Positions 1 to 14,924 of a DNA stretch of 64,000 nt are shown here, piece after piece. The translations under genes and the position numbers were made by a program. Every line of letters begins with the position of its first letter. The first letter of the stretch is position 1. The stretch spans positions 225,969 to 289,968 of the forward strand of contig ADNK01001386.1 in assembly GCA_000320545.1 (NCBI GenBank), given 5' to 3'. The notes under the pieces were generated by a model. That model did not search any database, was not told the origin of the DNA, and was given only the letters and a program-made list of their open reading frames with translations. Origin of the DNA: Bigelowiella natans CCMP2755 (lineage: Eukaryota; Protista; Cercozoa).

Positions 1-1909
1 CCCCTCCTCTCTTCTCATCTCTCCTTCTTCCTCATGATGCTTGATTTTAATAAACTCGATGAGGCCTTGAACCGTCGAGGCAATACACGTGATTGTTGCT
101 GCCACCGCTGCTGCCTTCTCCCCCCCTTGCTCATCTTCTTCTTTTTCTTCGTTGTCTTCTTCCATTCTACTAGTGCTGTTCTTCCTCCCTGTGTCGTTCT
201 TACCATTCTTATCATCTCTGCGGCTGGCACTCACAATCTCTGTCATCGTCGCCATCATTTTTCTCTTCTTGTTAGCCTTCTTCGCTCCACCACCACCACC
301 ACCACCACCACCACTGTTTTCCTGAATCGAATCATTTCTGCCGCTATTATTCTCAAAGTGGCGTAGATATTCTGTGACTTGTTGTGATTGTACAAACAGC
401 CGGTGAAGTGTGTGCATGGCAGCATCGATGGCAGAGATTGAAGCCTTACTCTTCCTTTTTTTCTTCTTCTTTTGTGCGTTTGTAGAAGAGAGTTTGAAGG
501 CGAGAAAGGGTGTCAGCATCAGTAGGAGAGAGGATTGCAGCTGTGAAGGAGTTGTTGTAGCAGTAGTAGTTGTTGTTGGCGATGATGATGTTGGTGGTGG
601 TGGAGGCAGCAGCTTTGTACAGAAGGATTGTGCTATCTTACAAAGTCGAGTGATTTCCTTGGAAGTTAGAGGAGGGGGAAGCTTGACAGGATGATCATAA
701 GAACACCTATCGTCATCATCATCATCATCACTCACCTCCTCCTCCTTATTCCCATTGGCCATGTTCTTCCCCTGCTTATTCTTCCTCCTCTTCTTCTCGT
801 TGCCACCATCATCATCTCCATCATGATTATCATCATTCTTCCCGGCTACTGCAACCGTAATCAACCAGATGGATGCTTCACGAAGCTGAGTCCTCAGAGC
901 AGCCATGACCTCTCTGTTGTCATCATCATCATCAGCATCATGATCATCTTTGATGGTAGTGGACAGCACTGAGAGGTATTGGATGATTAGTGTCTTCTGC
1001 GCGATGGGCGTCTTGATCACGGACTCCTCCTCCTCCTCCTCTTCTTCTTCCTCGAATTTCTTCTCCTTGCTTTGATGGTGGTGAGGGAGACGAAAGGAAG
1101 AGAATAGCAACTTATGGACAACGTGGACTGCCATCATTGAGAGTCTTGTCGGTAATGATGATGATGATGATGATGATGATGAACCTGGGCGGTATATGTA
1201 TTACCATTACTATTCTTATTATTATGGAAAGTTGTTGTTATTGTTGTGGTATATTGATAGACAACAATGTTGATATAAGGAGGAAGGCATGAAAGATATT
1301 GCTTCTGCTCTGATGATGATGATAGCATAGCAATTACAATCATTAAGGAAACATGCAAAGAAAAGAATAAGCGAGCTTGCTGTTGTGAGAGTCCTACTCC
1401 ACTTGTAAAAAATGAGCAGCGTAGTAATATACCCCCTCCTCTTCCTCCGTCTCCTCCACCGAGCATGATCTTGCGAACAAGCCTTTCAAGGTCCTCGGAA
1501 GAGACAGCACCACATTTGCGTAGCTGAATCAACACACCATTAATCCGGGAGGAGTGGGAAAGGGAAGAAGAGGGGGAAGAAGTTGACATTGACGAGCAAC
1601 TACGCAACACATCCTTTAAGAATGGCACAATCACGCTCTCTCGAACTCTGGAGCACATTCTCGATTCTTCTTTTCCAGACTTTTTCGGAGAGAAAATGGC
1701 TTGGAAAAAGGGGGTTTTCACAAGCGCGTCAATCCATAGCAAGGGTGGCGGCATGGAGGAGTTGGTAAGAAGATGACGGGTCAAAATGCGGGGAAGAACA
1801 GGACTCCACGCCAAGAAGTAGCACACTAACACACACAACACAAAGATGTGAATAAAGCGCATATCATTTGAATATGTGAGGTGTATTTTGTGTTCTTAAA
1901 ATATTTTTG

Positions 1910-1943
<34 letters not shown>

Positions 1944-4156
1944 CATCATCGAGTTGCCCTGACGAAGAAGACCGCAGCAGCGACGAGGAGGAGGAACCGA
2001 AGGACAACAACGAGGAGGACTTGGATGACGACGCCGACGATAATGTGGAACGGCTTTTCACTGTGAGAGCACACGCGCACATCAGGCGCACAATTGGTCC
2101 ACTAGTGTGCGCCAGGGCGATCATGCTTCTGCTTCTTTCCTTGGCAGCAGCTTTATCATCATAGAACGGTAATGATGATGATGACGACGAAGAGGAACTT
2201 AAAGAAAGAAGCCTTTTCTCGTCACTTTTTCTCCTTTTCTGCTTTCTCTTCCCTTTGATTGCTGCTGCCGTTACCACCGCTGCTTTCGATGCTGCTGCTG
2301 CTGCTGTGCTTTGGAGGATGAGTCGTGGCAAGTTGTATGGGTTGTTTCTCGCGTGGAATGAAAGGAGGAGGGCGAGCAAGGAATCGTCGCCGTCATTAGC
2401 GTCGTCGTCGTTGTTGTTAAAACTAGGTAGAGCCAGCAGCTCGGGTGATGCTAGTAGTGCAACCATTGTTGGTGCTGATGCTAAAGATGATGATGATGAT
2501 GAGGAGGATGATGATGCGTTTTCGTTGTCACTATCCTCCATCATTCCATCTTTGTTGCTGCTGCCTACTACATCACTATCATCATCATCATCATCGTCAC
2601 TAGCATCCTCCTCCTCATCATCATCATCATCATCATCGCTTGGGGGGGGGCTGGGGCTGGGGCTGTTGCTCCTCTTAATATCGAGTGGAAATTGCTCAAC
2701 AGCCTCTGGCATAGAAACCCACACACGTCGAATCGATTGCAACCTGAGAGAACACAATAATAAGGACGACGCCATCATAAGTAACGACATCAAGATTAAG
2801 AACAAGTAAATCAAAACAAAGAAGAGAGAGGAGGAGGAGGAGGAGGAAAATGTGATAATAATTCATTTTAGGTTTATGTCTAACAAATATCAATTACAGG
2901 CCAATGCGGTCCTGCCCCTCCTTTCTCTGCTGCTGCTGCTGCTGCTGAATTGAAGAATTTGCTGCTGCCTTAGAAGAGCAATGATCGAGAAGCTGGCGCG
3001 CCAATCGTGTGAGGTAGGCTTTGGTCAAGACTCTCATTTCCCTGCTAATATCAGCATCATGCGCTTGGTTGTGGGAACTAGTGCTATCTCCTAACCCAGG
3101 ATAAGAAGAATAAGGATAAGAAGGAGGAGGAGGAGGAAAGAGCTTTTCGCTGGATATTCGCCCTATAAGTCTCTCCAAGAGCATCCGCCTCAGCCTTTCC
3201 ACTTCTCCTTCCCCATTCTGCAAGCTGCTGCTGTCTTCTTCGCAATGAATCTGTTGTAGATATCATCTAGTTAGGAAAGATTAAAATGATTGATTCACAA
3301 GTGAGTGGTATTTGAATATCTGCCTGATTCTAGTATATTATTTCCGTGGTAGGTGATAGTAATACTACCAATGCTCGTATCAGCCCCAGAACTTTCCAAA
3401 TTCTATCGGTCACATTTCTGCTGCCTCTGCTACTGCCAGAGAATGGCAAAGAAGACGACGATGATGATGCGTTAAAAGCTTCCCCATCTTTGGCCCATAG
3501 CACAGCGTCCAGGCCCGCAAATAAAGCTAGAATTCCATTCAATCGCAGAGACAAATCTAACAGATACGCAGGGAAAGAGAGGATGGGAGAGGGAAGGAGG
3601 GTGAGGGGGGTTGACATTGGGATCATTTACAATAAACGAAGAAGCAGCAAAAATAAAGTTATTTCTTCTTCTTGTTCTTGTTGATCTTCTTTGTCCTCTT
3701 CTCATATTGGCTTCATTCCCACCGCTGTTCTTGACATTCTCCTTCCTCATCATATTCTCCCTCTTTGCTTCGAGAGCCAGAACGTCGATTATCGTCACAC
3801 AAAAATGTGAAACAGCAGCCGTACGAACCTGGGGATTTATTTACCATATACAAGTGGCGGTGTGCATGCTCTCCTACTGCACTCATGACCATGTAAGGGT
3901 GATGCTTGATTGGTGTAAAGGTGATGATGATGATGATGGTAGTGAGGAGGAGGAGGAGGAGGAGGAGGAGGAGGAGGATATACACGACGTATGTTATGAT
4001 GTACATGCTTCCGTGCTTGTGATTATATTTGATGGAATTGAATGGAGGTGATAGGGACCAAAAACAACCTCTGGATGTTCCCTCGAATTGATCAAAGCAG
4101 TCACGGAATCAAAGACAACCTAATAGTAGTAGTAGTAGGAGGAGGAGTAGTAGTAG

Positions 4157-4189
<33 letters not shown>

Positions 4190-4283
4190 AGCAGCAAAGC
4201 AGGAGGAAGAGGAGGGAGGGAGGGAGAGAGAGAGAGAGAGAGAGGAAGAGAAGGAGAAGGAGAGCAAAGAAGAGAGAAAATAC

Positions 4284-4316
<33 letters not shown>

Positions 4317-5328
4317 ACGACTACCTTGGAGATCTTTTGCACTATATCCCTCGTAATCATTGTTGCCTTTTTTTCTTGTTTTTCTTCTGTTTTTGAGCCC
4401 TTCATCGTCATCATACTTCCCCATGCCTTTCGAACGTAATGTAACACCAGTGGCAACCAGAGAAACGACGATGTAGTGCTACTAGCAATAGCAGCGGTTG
4501 AAGAAGAAGCAGAAATTGTAGAACTCCCCTTCTTTCTCTTCTTCTTCTTCTTCTTCTTCATCATCGTCTTGATCTTCTCATTCTCTTCCTTGACGATAGC
4601 ATCCAGCACTGAATACGCAGAGAACTTCTCTGGATTCAGTGCAAAGCATGCTGCAGCCGTATCTGGTAAGACATGCCCGGACTTTACACTGTGAACGAAA
4701 GAGCTCAGCCAAGACTTTGTTGGTGATAACGGAGAAGAAGAAGAAGAAGAAGAAGAAGAAGAAGAAGAAGGAGGTGATGATGACGACATCGACTTCCGCT
4801 TCTTCTTGTTCTTTTTTGTACTACTCCCTCGTATCCTCCTCTCTTCGGCATCATCATCATCATCACCACCGCCACCACCACCATGATGGTGATGACGATC
4901 GTCTCCTCCAACTTGAGCTGAGTAGCGATGGATGGCCACTAGAGTGGAGGAAAGCTGTGAGCTCTGAAGGAAGCTAGGAAGTGAAGAATAATGAGAAGAT
5001 GATGGGGTAGTAGAGAACAAGACTGCGTTGTCCCTTTTTGACTTTTCTCCTCCCCCCCTTCTTGCCATGGGGCGAAGAAGAAGTATCGATGACAAACATA
5101 GGTCGGATAAACTCGAAAACCTTGCAATGAGGAAGAAGAAAAGTAGAGGAGGAGGAGGAGGAGGAGGAGGAGGAGGAGGAGGAAGATACACATGCATGAT
5201 GATTAGAAGATAAAGAGAGCACGGACGCATGGAAAAGAGGAAGACAAAGAATAAGAAAAAGAGGAAGAAGAAGAAGAAACAAATAGTAGTTTGTATCAAC
5301 TAAGAGGGAGTAGTAGCAGGTGGTAGTT

Positions 5329-5361
<33 letters not shown>

Positions 5362-5429
5362 AATAAAAGGGCATGTGCTCATCATTGATTCAGATATATT
5401 TCCCTTGGTTGCTGCTAATATGATTGCTG

Positions 5430-5463
<34 letters not shown>

Positions 5464-5520
5464 ATGTGTATTGGATAGCTACTAATCATTAAACCGCGAC
5501 CACCACCAGTACCATCATCG

Positions 5521-5554
<34 letters not shown>

Positions 5555-6714
5555 TCTCATCATCAACCAACCAACCTCTGGTCGTTAGCAAAGAGCTCTC
5601 GTATCTTCCCGTAACTTGGATCATCCTCCTCCTCCTCCTCCTCTTCCTCCTCCTCTCCCCCCTCAATATTGCTGCTGCAGCTCACGAGCAAACGAGCCAG
5701 CTCAAAGACAAACAAGTTGTCATCTCCCCAGTACAGCAGCTTCGTCAGACATATCACTGTATACTCGCTGAATCGTGAGAGCAGGGCAGCGTTATGATCG
5801 ATATTAGATGTATTTGAAGTATCATGGCCGTTCTCGCTATTCCTCCTCTTCTTCTTTTTCTTCTTCTTGTTGTTGTTTTGGGTGGTGGCGGTGATAGCTG
5901 CGGTGATATCAGCAACTATTGATAGGGCACAAAAAACAAGGCCAAGGGTAGCTGGATTATGGGAAGATGGAGAAGAGGAGGAGGAGGAGGACGTATCTGC
6001 TACTCCCCCCATTCCCTTCTCGTCGTTTCCATCGTCCACATTGTCCTTCTCTCTGCTCTCACGAATGAGTTGCTGATGGTGGATGGATAAGAACGAAGAA
6101 GAAGAAGAAGAAGAAGAAGAAGAAGAAGAAGAATTTCATCATTAATAATGTGATTCTTCATCATCAACATCAAGGAAATCTCTAAGGAAATCTCTCCTAC
6201 AAGCAAAGATGGATGGGTGGCAGCTTGCAGCCTCTACCATCATCATCATCATCATCTTCTTCTTCTTCTTCTTCTCTTTCAACTACTACTATTACGACAA
6301 CCATTACTATTAGTAGTGCCACGACTTCTCACCCTTTGGATCAGCGCTGTCGCTTTTTGCATATAGTCATAAGGGCTGGTGGAGAACTTCCCCGCCAAGA
6401 AGTCCAAGAAACCGACAGTCTCTGGTTGGCAGGAGGATACGAAGATCCACATATGAAGGGGATGAGCTGCTTTGAATGTAAGGCAATGGAGAGCGCTGCT
6501 AGCAACGGACAGTGCTCGACACGATATTATGTCATCATCGTCGTCATCATCGTCGTCATCTGTTTTCCGAATGATGATTTGTTGTTGTGGCCCCTCCTCC
6601 CTGCTCTGCTGCTGATCCCTGTTTCTTCTTCTTCTTCTTGCTGCCATGGCAATACGCATGAGAATGCCGAATCTCGACGACACACGATGTGTTCGGTCAA
6701 AGAAATCATCTGTG

Positions 6715-6746
<32 letters not shown>

Positions 6747-6833
6747 TTTCCAACAACTTGAGCTCATACGTTTTCCCATTATGAGTACATAAATACACGT
6801 GTTTATTTTGTTCAAATGTTCGATTGCTCTTTG

Positions 6834-6869
<36 letters not shown>

Positions 6870-8507
6870 TCATAATGTAGTCATGATTCTTCAAATAATG
6901 ATGGTATAATCGAGAGAAAGACAGTAGAGGTACTGACCCATCGCTGCTGCTGCTGTTGCTGCTGCCTCGGTCCCTGTCGTTGATATCGAGATCTTTCTTT
7001 TCTTGCTGTTTGGGTGATGATTGCTGGCTGCTTTGGAGTAGATGGACTTAAATCCAGTCGCCTTAACACTCATCATGTCCTTGAAGTCCAATAGACGAAT
7101 GGCGTTTAACGTTCCGACTGCATGGCATCCCTACCAATGATATAACGACAACAACAACAACAACAACTTAGAAGAGCAACGAAGAGAACAAATATAATTA
7201 TATCGAATCATGTTTTATTCCAATGGCCTCCTCCACGGCCATAGGTTGTTACCAACCAGCCTCCCAGCGGCCCTCTCCCCCCCTCTCTCTTTCGCATTTT
7301 CCAGCTGCTCCTTCTCACATAATAGCGTGTGCTTTTGTTTCAACTATTTCATGGTCTACATGGGAATATGAAGAAAACGAAGAAGAAGATGCGCGCTCCT
7401 CCTTCTCCTCCTCCTCCTGCTTCTTCGTATCGCCTTGATTCGTTGCCATGATCTTGGTGGTGGAGTTTTTCATCCATGAGTACATCCTTGCCATAAGACG
7501 CCATTCATCGAGCTTGGCCCTTGCATACGCCTCAGGTAGTAGTACGCGGTACAAGTAGATGGTGCGGTATAACTGTGAGCACACCATCAGCAAACCACTC
7601 GAAGAAGAAGGAGAAGAAGAAGAAGAAGATGGTGATGGCGAGGAGGATGATGATACTCCTTCTGTTTTTTTTCTCTTTCTTCCACTTCCCTCGTCATCTG
7701 CCTGCTTCTGCAAAAGTCGTTGTGAGCCAACGCCATCCCTGAGAACAACAATTGTGGCGGGAGGACCAGGACAGAGAAGGTAATAATAGAAAGTATACAG
7801 CAGCAGTGTCAGTGAGAAATATTTGGAGACATAGAGAGGCAGTACAAACTCTTCCTTGCTTAATCCAAGTGCTGCTGCTGCCAAACTCCACGCATACATT
7901 ACATAGAATCAAAGAAACAAATACATACATTTTGGACTCAATCTTGGCGTAAAGTGCGTAGAGAATTTCCAGACTAGGAAGTCTCTGGGAAAGGGAATGG
8001 CGTAGTGCGGCCAACGTTTGCTCGCTTCCTTGTTTTCCTCCTTTCCCCAACATTTGAGTCGCTTTTCTCACCAGTCTTTGAAAGCTCTCCAGGATCTACC
8101 ATTTTATGTGCATAAAGTATCATTTATGCGTTAGTGTTGATGTAAAAGCACCAAGGGAGGGGGGGGGGATTGGTGGTGACAATGGTATTTTTATAATCAT
8201 ATTTCGGCACAAAAAACAGTACCGTAGTGAGGAGTCGAAGCACAGTGATCTGCACCAAGGCGTTGCTATTCTGTACGCCTTGACTTAGCAATAGTCGTGT
8301 CACACCAGCAGGAAACAACATGCCCACTACCATCTGCACATAAGTATAGGCTTGTAAGTCAGTCTGTATGCATGTATGGCTATCACAATGTTTCTCCACA
8401 ACACGTATGCATTACTATGTTCTTTGATTTCATGTATCATCTATCCTCCCGGTATGCATTCATCTCTCCCTCCCTCATACAAATAGCAGCAACAGTAGTA
8501 GTAGTAA

Positions 8508-8544
<37 letters not shown>

Positions 8545-8841
8545 CGCACATACATTGGGTGGTGTTCTGTGTAATGTGGAGGCCTCGAAGTCCATGAGAC
8601 GTAGAAGCTTAATCGCCAGCGTCACATTTACAAGCCATCTTAGCGACGCTCGAGCCTCGAATGAAAATGGCATTGCATGCAGGTATCTAGCAGAGAAAAG
8701 AGCAGCAGCAGCAGCAGCAGCAACAACAACAACAACATTCGTGAATGATATTATGTGATGAGGCCACAAGATAAATTCAACTGTCACTAAAGGAGCTGCT
8801 GTTCCATAGTAATACACGATGATAACACACTACTTCCCGCC

Positions 8842-8905
<64 letters not shown>

Positions 8906-10618
8906 CTGTTAGTGAACACCACGAAATGCCTAAAGTAGTAAGTATCACCACCTTGTAAGCACATTGGGGAATTTACTCGCAATTTGGACAAGGATCTTCT
9001 GATGTTTTAAGGTGCTGTTGGGCTTGAGGTGCAGAAGTAGCCGCAACATTAGCCCGTTCGCGCTTCTGACGGTTTGTTCGTCGCTCCGGGTCATTAGTTG
9101 CTGTTTTCTCTTCCTCTGCTGCTGATGTTGCTTGTTAGAGATCATTGCTCCTCCTCCTCCTCCTGCTGCTGCAGTAGGCATTATCTTCCTTCGTCTCTTG
9201 TTCTTGTTCGAGCCATTAGATGCGCTTCTAATAAGGCTCTGTGCGTAGGAAGATAGAGACGCAATGAAGGCGTATGCGACGCTACTGCGAGAGGAAGATC
9301 CTGCTTCATCATCGTCTTCTTCGTCGGTAGTGAGCTTGATGATCGAGTCAAGCATATGGCCAGTCAGAAACGTACACAGCACCTGCACACTGTAGGCACA
9401 TGAAGCACATGGATATCAATGTTCCGCTCTTAATTTTGAAGAAGTCCATCATGGATAATACGTGGATGGATGCACAGAAATCGGCAAGGAAGCAAGGAAG
9501 TAGCAACTGAAGTCATACTGCGCAATAGTAATCACGCAATAGCCGTATTGTCCGCTTACAACATCTTCTACTACTATTACTACTACTACTACTTCGACGA
9601 CGACCTGCATGCTCTAGGATCTAGCATGGCGTCTCTCACGCCCCCGAGCACTTCTCGGCAGGTTTTCGCATCCGAGGCCGATAAATTGCGCACAATTCCA
9701 TCTTTCAGAGTGCCAAACACAACAATCAACTCACAGCCTCCTCCACCTCCTCCTCCTGGTTTGGGTACTACTATCTATCAAGCTATCTATCTATCTCCTC
9801 TCTGGTTACTATCATCTCGCTTTATTCTCTCTCCCCCCCCCCCCCCCTCTCTCTCTCGACAACTGTTACTACGTGTATCCACGATCCACACCGAGAAATC
9901 CTTTTGTTGTCACCAGAGTACGCGTCATCTCAGCCTTCTTGTAGTTGAGAATGGACAGTGCAATGCTTGCCGATGCGGTTCGAATCTGTATTATTATGTC
10001 AAGAAGACAATAGATATAGGTGAGGAGGGGAGGAGACCAATGGCTATTCGTCAATATACATCCATATCTCCCCCCCCTCTATCTCTCTCTCTCTTTCTTT
10101 CTCTGAAACGGCTGAGATTATGCCTCCTACTCCGCCGCTTCCTCCTCTTCATTATGGACTGCTGCTTATTATTATCATTTTTATTATTATTATTACTATA
10201 ACTATTATTACGTGGTTCGGCTTTGTCTTGAGATTCAAAGCTGTAAATGCCCGGTGCGAAAAACTAAACTTGTAGCAAAAAGCTCTGGTAACTCCTGTAA
10301 TAGATATGCGATAAGGATTAAGAATCATTATGAGGAAGAGCTACAACAACTAATACAACAACCCGTAGAAGAAGAATAGTAATATTAATTGTAGCACTTG
10401 GAAACAAAGAAGAAAGTAAAAGAAAGAAGAAGAAGAAGAAGAAGAAGAAGAAGAAGAAGCATGAAAGCACTGAATTACCTTGATTAATGTTGACAACGGC
10501 AAGAAGCATATTGACGGCTGCTAGCACGACGCGCTCATCCCCGGCACCTGTACACATATTATATACGGATCGTTTATATACAATATATAGCACACACTCC
10601 TGCACGCACAAACGGGTG

Positions 10619-10679
<61 letters not shown>

Positions 10680-11320
10680 ACAGACAATTATGTATCTTGT
10701 TTCTAGTAACTATAATGTCTATATGTGTATAAGCATGTGTTTTTATGTATATTATCATTTGAATTTTGCTGCTGAATAACCGAGAAGTGAGTATAGAGTG
10801 CGGAGCTGAGAGTTGATGACTTTATATGCAGTTGAAACTATTTGTGACACAAACTTTGCCTTCTGCTTGCCGCTGATGGTGATGATGTGAAATGATTAGA
10901 TTGACTTCAATGATCATGTTTATGATGATTTATGAAAATAGAGCAGAGAAGCTGTAGTAGTGTGTCAGTTGTCGTTGTTTGCACAAAGATCAAAATCCAA
11001 TCTATGTGTCACGAACATTTTCAGTATTTCCGTCAGCGCCCTCATCACAGCAGATGCCAGCCCGTATTTCTGATGAAGAATGTTGTTGCGAGAATGAAGA
11101 AGTCAAATTTCACACTTCCATATCTCTAGATTAAGTTAACTTGGGGTGTTGACTCTCCTCTGTTTCTATACGTTTCGTCGTCCTCTTTGTCCCCAAATCA
11201 TCATGATCATTTCATGATCATTATCATCTTCTATCATCTTCTCCTTAATTCGAGAGGGAGTATCCGATCAACAGCAGCGTGAGTATAAATTTCATCCTCA
11301 CCATCACCATCGTCATCACT

Positions 11321-11354
<34 letters not shown>

Positions 11355-11936
11355 CCTGGCCTTGATCCGACTGCAGGATGTTAAAGAGCTCCACAAGATA
11401 TGGAGATGACTCAAGATACTGCCATCTATTATTATAGTAGTAGTAGTGGTAATAGTAGTAATAGTAGCAGCAACCATCATTTTATCAATGTGTTTGGTTG
11501 GTATAATAATATTCAATACGTAACAGCTTTAGTGGGCAATCTCCTCTTGAACGAGAGGGGAAAACGTTCTTATTATTCCACTGACTAACGAATAATTACA
11601 CGCAGCAGCAGCAGCAGCAGCAGCAGCAGAGATAGATACAGCAGTAGTAGTCGCATTTTGTTTGATATTCTCATCATCTGTGTTGTGTTCTCATTCAAAC
11701 ATTATTTCATCTTCAGAGTCCAAATCTGTCCTTGCAGTCTGCCTTGCAAACCTGCGGGGAGGGAAGGGAGGGAAAGACGATATGATTTCGATGTGGATCT
11801 TTGCCAAGCGATGCAGCATGTTTGTGCTGTAGCTACTCTCTCGGATACGACGACTTGCAATTTCGGCATTGGACAATGATCACACATATAAGTATCATGT
11901 CGGGGTAGTTTGATTCCATCATCGTCATCTAATGGT

Positions 11937-11975
<39 letters not shown>

Positions 11976-12131
11976 CCGATTGAGCCCAGAGATCGTCATC
12001 TTTACATCATCGTCTACTGCGTTTATGTGACTCAGCAACTCTTTCAAGCTGCCAAACCCCTCTCCACGGCTATCCTTGCTGCTATTTCTTCCTCCGCCAC
12101 CATCGCTTCCACTTTTCCGCCTCTTTGACAT
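1..12131 (-). CDS. URB1: Nucleolar pre-ribosomal-associated protein URB1/Npa1 (multi-exon, 3' end beyond the left edge)
   Basis: ATG at 12131 (MSKRRKSGSDGG...). Spliced exons give Npa1-domain-like segments in the expected order: QYLESSPYLVELFNIL; LLAVVNINQG-VTRAFCYKFSFSHRAFTAL; IRTASASIALSILNY; NGLMLRLLLHLKPNSTLKHQKILVQIASKFPNVL; LLSQGVQNSNALVQITVLRLL; LRHSLSQRLPSLEIL; IYLYRVLLPEAYARAKLDEWRLM. An open frame runs from about 1185 to base 1. Family assigned from recalled URB1 motifs, not a database search. Confidence 0.85.
4124..4318. repeat. Intron built from (TAG)n, (GA)n and (GAT)n microsatellites (representative of most introns here)
   Basis: Read directly: TAG/GGA repeats 4124-4187, GA-rich tract about 4200-4280, (GAT)n 4284-4316. 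Confidence 0.95.
10624..10670. repeat. (TA)n microsatellite
   Basis: Uninterrupted TA run in a URB1 intron. Confidence 0.95.
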
Positions 12132-12468
12132 CGTAAAACAGGCTCGACTGCCCCTCTATTTGAGGGGGGGAGCACGGGGTCGCTAGTCCGCTATCGACGG
12201 CGTAGGAAATTGTAAGACATTGTTGTTTTTGTTGCCTGTGTTTTATTATGTTAGATATATTTCTGTTCAGCGTTTATCGAAATAAAATTAGAAACGGATC
12301 ATTCCTTCATATTTCTGCGGTCACAATTTGAGCTGATTTTCCCTCGGGATATCATTGGATATTTTCGGGATAAAAATTGATCCATTTCCAATCAAGAATC
12401 TGCTCCAAATCAAGCGGTAGACTGACCCGTGTCCTCGCGAGAGAGAGGAGTTACGATCGTATGCAATA
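12132..12468. promoter_or_regulatory. Putative bidirectional promoter between URB1 (-) and the U-box gene (+)
   Basis: Short, microsatellite-free divergent spacer. Small inverted repeat CCCCTC-TATTT-GAGGGG at 12151-12167. A possible 5'-UTR intron starts at the donor near 12212. Confidence 0.5.
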
Positions 12469-13110
12469 ATGTGTGCTGACAATCCATGGGATGATAATGG
12501 ATCCCGTATGCGAAATAGTCGTCACCATCGTAGTATTATTCTCCGCAACACGCTCAAAACTGAAGCCTATTTAAATTTCTTTCAGGGAAGGTCTGTTTTG
12601 GTGAGGACAGACAGTGCTGTGCAACGCTACACTGCGTTTCTTCACTGCAGGCTTCGATAATATTGGATGGATATGAGCAACGCAAGGGTTTCTCCTCCTC
12701 CTCTTCCTCGTTTTCATCATCTCTTCCCCCTACACCACCTTGATAGAAATCCTTAGTTGTGAACACAGCATTGCCCTGAGGAGGTAACTTTTGACTTCAT
12801 GCAGGCATCACCCCTTGAGCTAGTTCTTCGCCAGCTTTATAAATGTAAAGCAACCTTTGCTGCTGTGTTCCGGAAGGTGCTGCCTGCCTGTTTTTTTATT
12901 TGATTTTAAGTGCTGCTGGCTGCAACCAATATGATGCCATTCACTGATGCCCGCCCTTCATCCAACCTTTCTCGTCTCATCTAAGTTTGAGAGCAGTTCT
13001 TACTAGCGTCATTAAAGAATAATTCTCCTGATGCGTTGTAGTAACACTTGTGGCGAAAAATATCACCTTGACCAATACCATTGCATCTTCGTCGTCGTCG
13101 TGTTCTTCTT

Positions 13111-13141
<31 letters not shown>

Positions 13142-13743
13142 TTCTTCTTCTTCAGGTGTTGCGAGCATCGCATGTTGGGGTGTTCTGGTGGAAACTCTTT
13201 GACCTAGCAACTGTGATACTTAAGGTAGTATTTATTGTTTTTACACGAGAGGAGAGAGGAGGGTAATGCGTGCAAAAGGAAATGATGCCGAAAGCAACAT
13301 CACCTCAAAAGTAAATTCATCGCACAAACATCATGCACAGACCAAAACACAGTTAAATAATATGGATATGAAAAATTATGAGAACAGCTCATCATTCTCA
13401 CCCTCTGTTGCTGATGACAACAAACAACAGAGAGAGGATAAGTCGGTGGTGGAAAGCAGGGCTGGACAGGGATCGTTGGAGAAGCTAAGTGCATTGTTGA
13501 TAGAGAGCTCGGATGTATGGCAGAGTATTCGCGACTCAGAAGATTTTAGAGATAACCAAGTCAGGCTGGGAAATTTGGAGGTAGTAGTAGTAGTATTAAT
13601 AGTAGTAGAAAACTGCGCATCATGCACAGCATAAACAGCCAGCCATCACCTTTCTCACCACTCACTCATCCACATCATCTTCCCCCATTCACCACCTCCT
13701 TCTCTCCTCTCTCTCCCTCTTCCCCCCCCCTCTCTCTCTCCTC

Positions 13744-13791
<48 letters not shown>

Positions 13792-13796
13792 TGCGC

Positions 13797-13839
<43 letters not shown>

Positions 13840-14095
13840 ATCATTGATTCTTTGTGCGACCACAACTCACTCACAGTGCTCAATTTACGAACTTTTGGAG
13901 ATAGTGAGGGATGCTATTTCCCGCAAGAGGCCGACCGGTAACAACAACAACAACAACAACAACAACAACGCTCATGATGAAGATGATGATGATGATGAAG
14001 CCCTCTCTGATGAGCGCACAACCTTAAATTCGTTCTTCATTGTCAAACCATAAATATATTTTGGAATGTACGTAATATGTGTCCAGATATTATTC

Positions 14096-14127
<32 letters not shown>

Positions 14128-14269
14128 TGTGTGTGTGTGTGTGTGTGTGTTTTGTTTGCTTGTTTGTGGTATTCTATTTTACGGTCGATGCTGGACAACC
14201 AGCAGTGCCAAGGATTGATAAAGATAAGTCGATACGCTTATTTTGGAATCGTTTCTTTGGTAATTGTGC

Positions 14270-14304
<35 letters not shown>

Positions 14305-14645
14305 CATGGGCTAGAGGACGAGGAGGAGCTGCTGGTGGTTATGAAGTTGATAATCATGGATGATGAATCAACGTTTGATGCAAAATCATTATTATCATCA
14401 TCATTGTAATCATTGACGTTTGACTTGACTAGTATTGATTGATGGCTGCATAGGAATGACTCGAGAATTTTGGCCAGCTAGCCTTGACCTGTTTGCCGAG
14501 GCGTTGTGCGTAAATGCGCTGTTGAACCAGCCCAGTCATATTGTTGTACCATCCGAACATGTCCTAGCTGAGATGCTTGCCAACGTCGGAGGTCGTTCCC
14601 CTCACCGATGAAAAACTGCAATAATAACCAAAAAATGCTGCATTG

Positions 14646-14698
<53 letters not shown>

Positions 14699-14892
14699 AC
14701 AATTGTTCCCACGGTTTATTATCCACATTTTCTTCTTTTTGTAAACATCATCATCATCATCTCCATCGTCATCATAATGAATGTTACACAGAGTGGCCCT
14801 CAGAGGAGAAAGGAGAAGATGAAATGCCCAAGAACCTAACGCCTGAAGTGTGGGATTTAATACTCGAACGGTAGTAGTAGTAATTGTTGTAA

Positions 14893-14924
<32 letters not shown>

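Noticed and set aside
12784-12804. 21-nt GT..AG segment resembling a nucleomorph-type pygmy intron
   Set aside because: It is 7 codons long and reads through in frame (EEVTFDFMQASP), so no intron is required.
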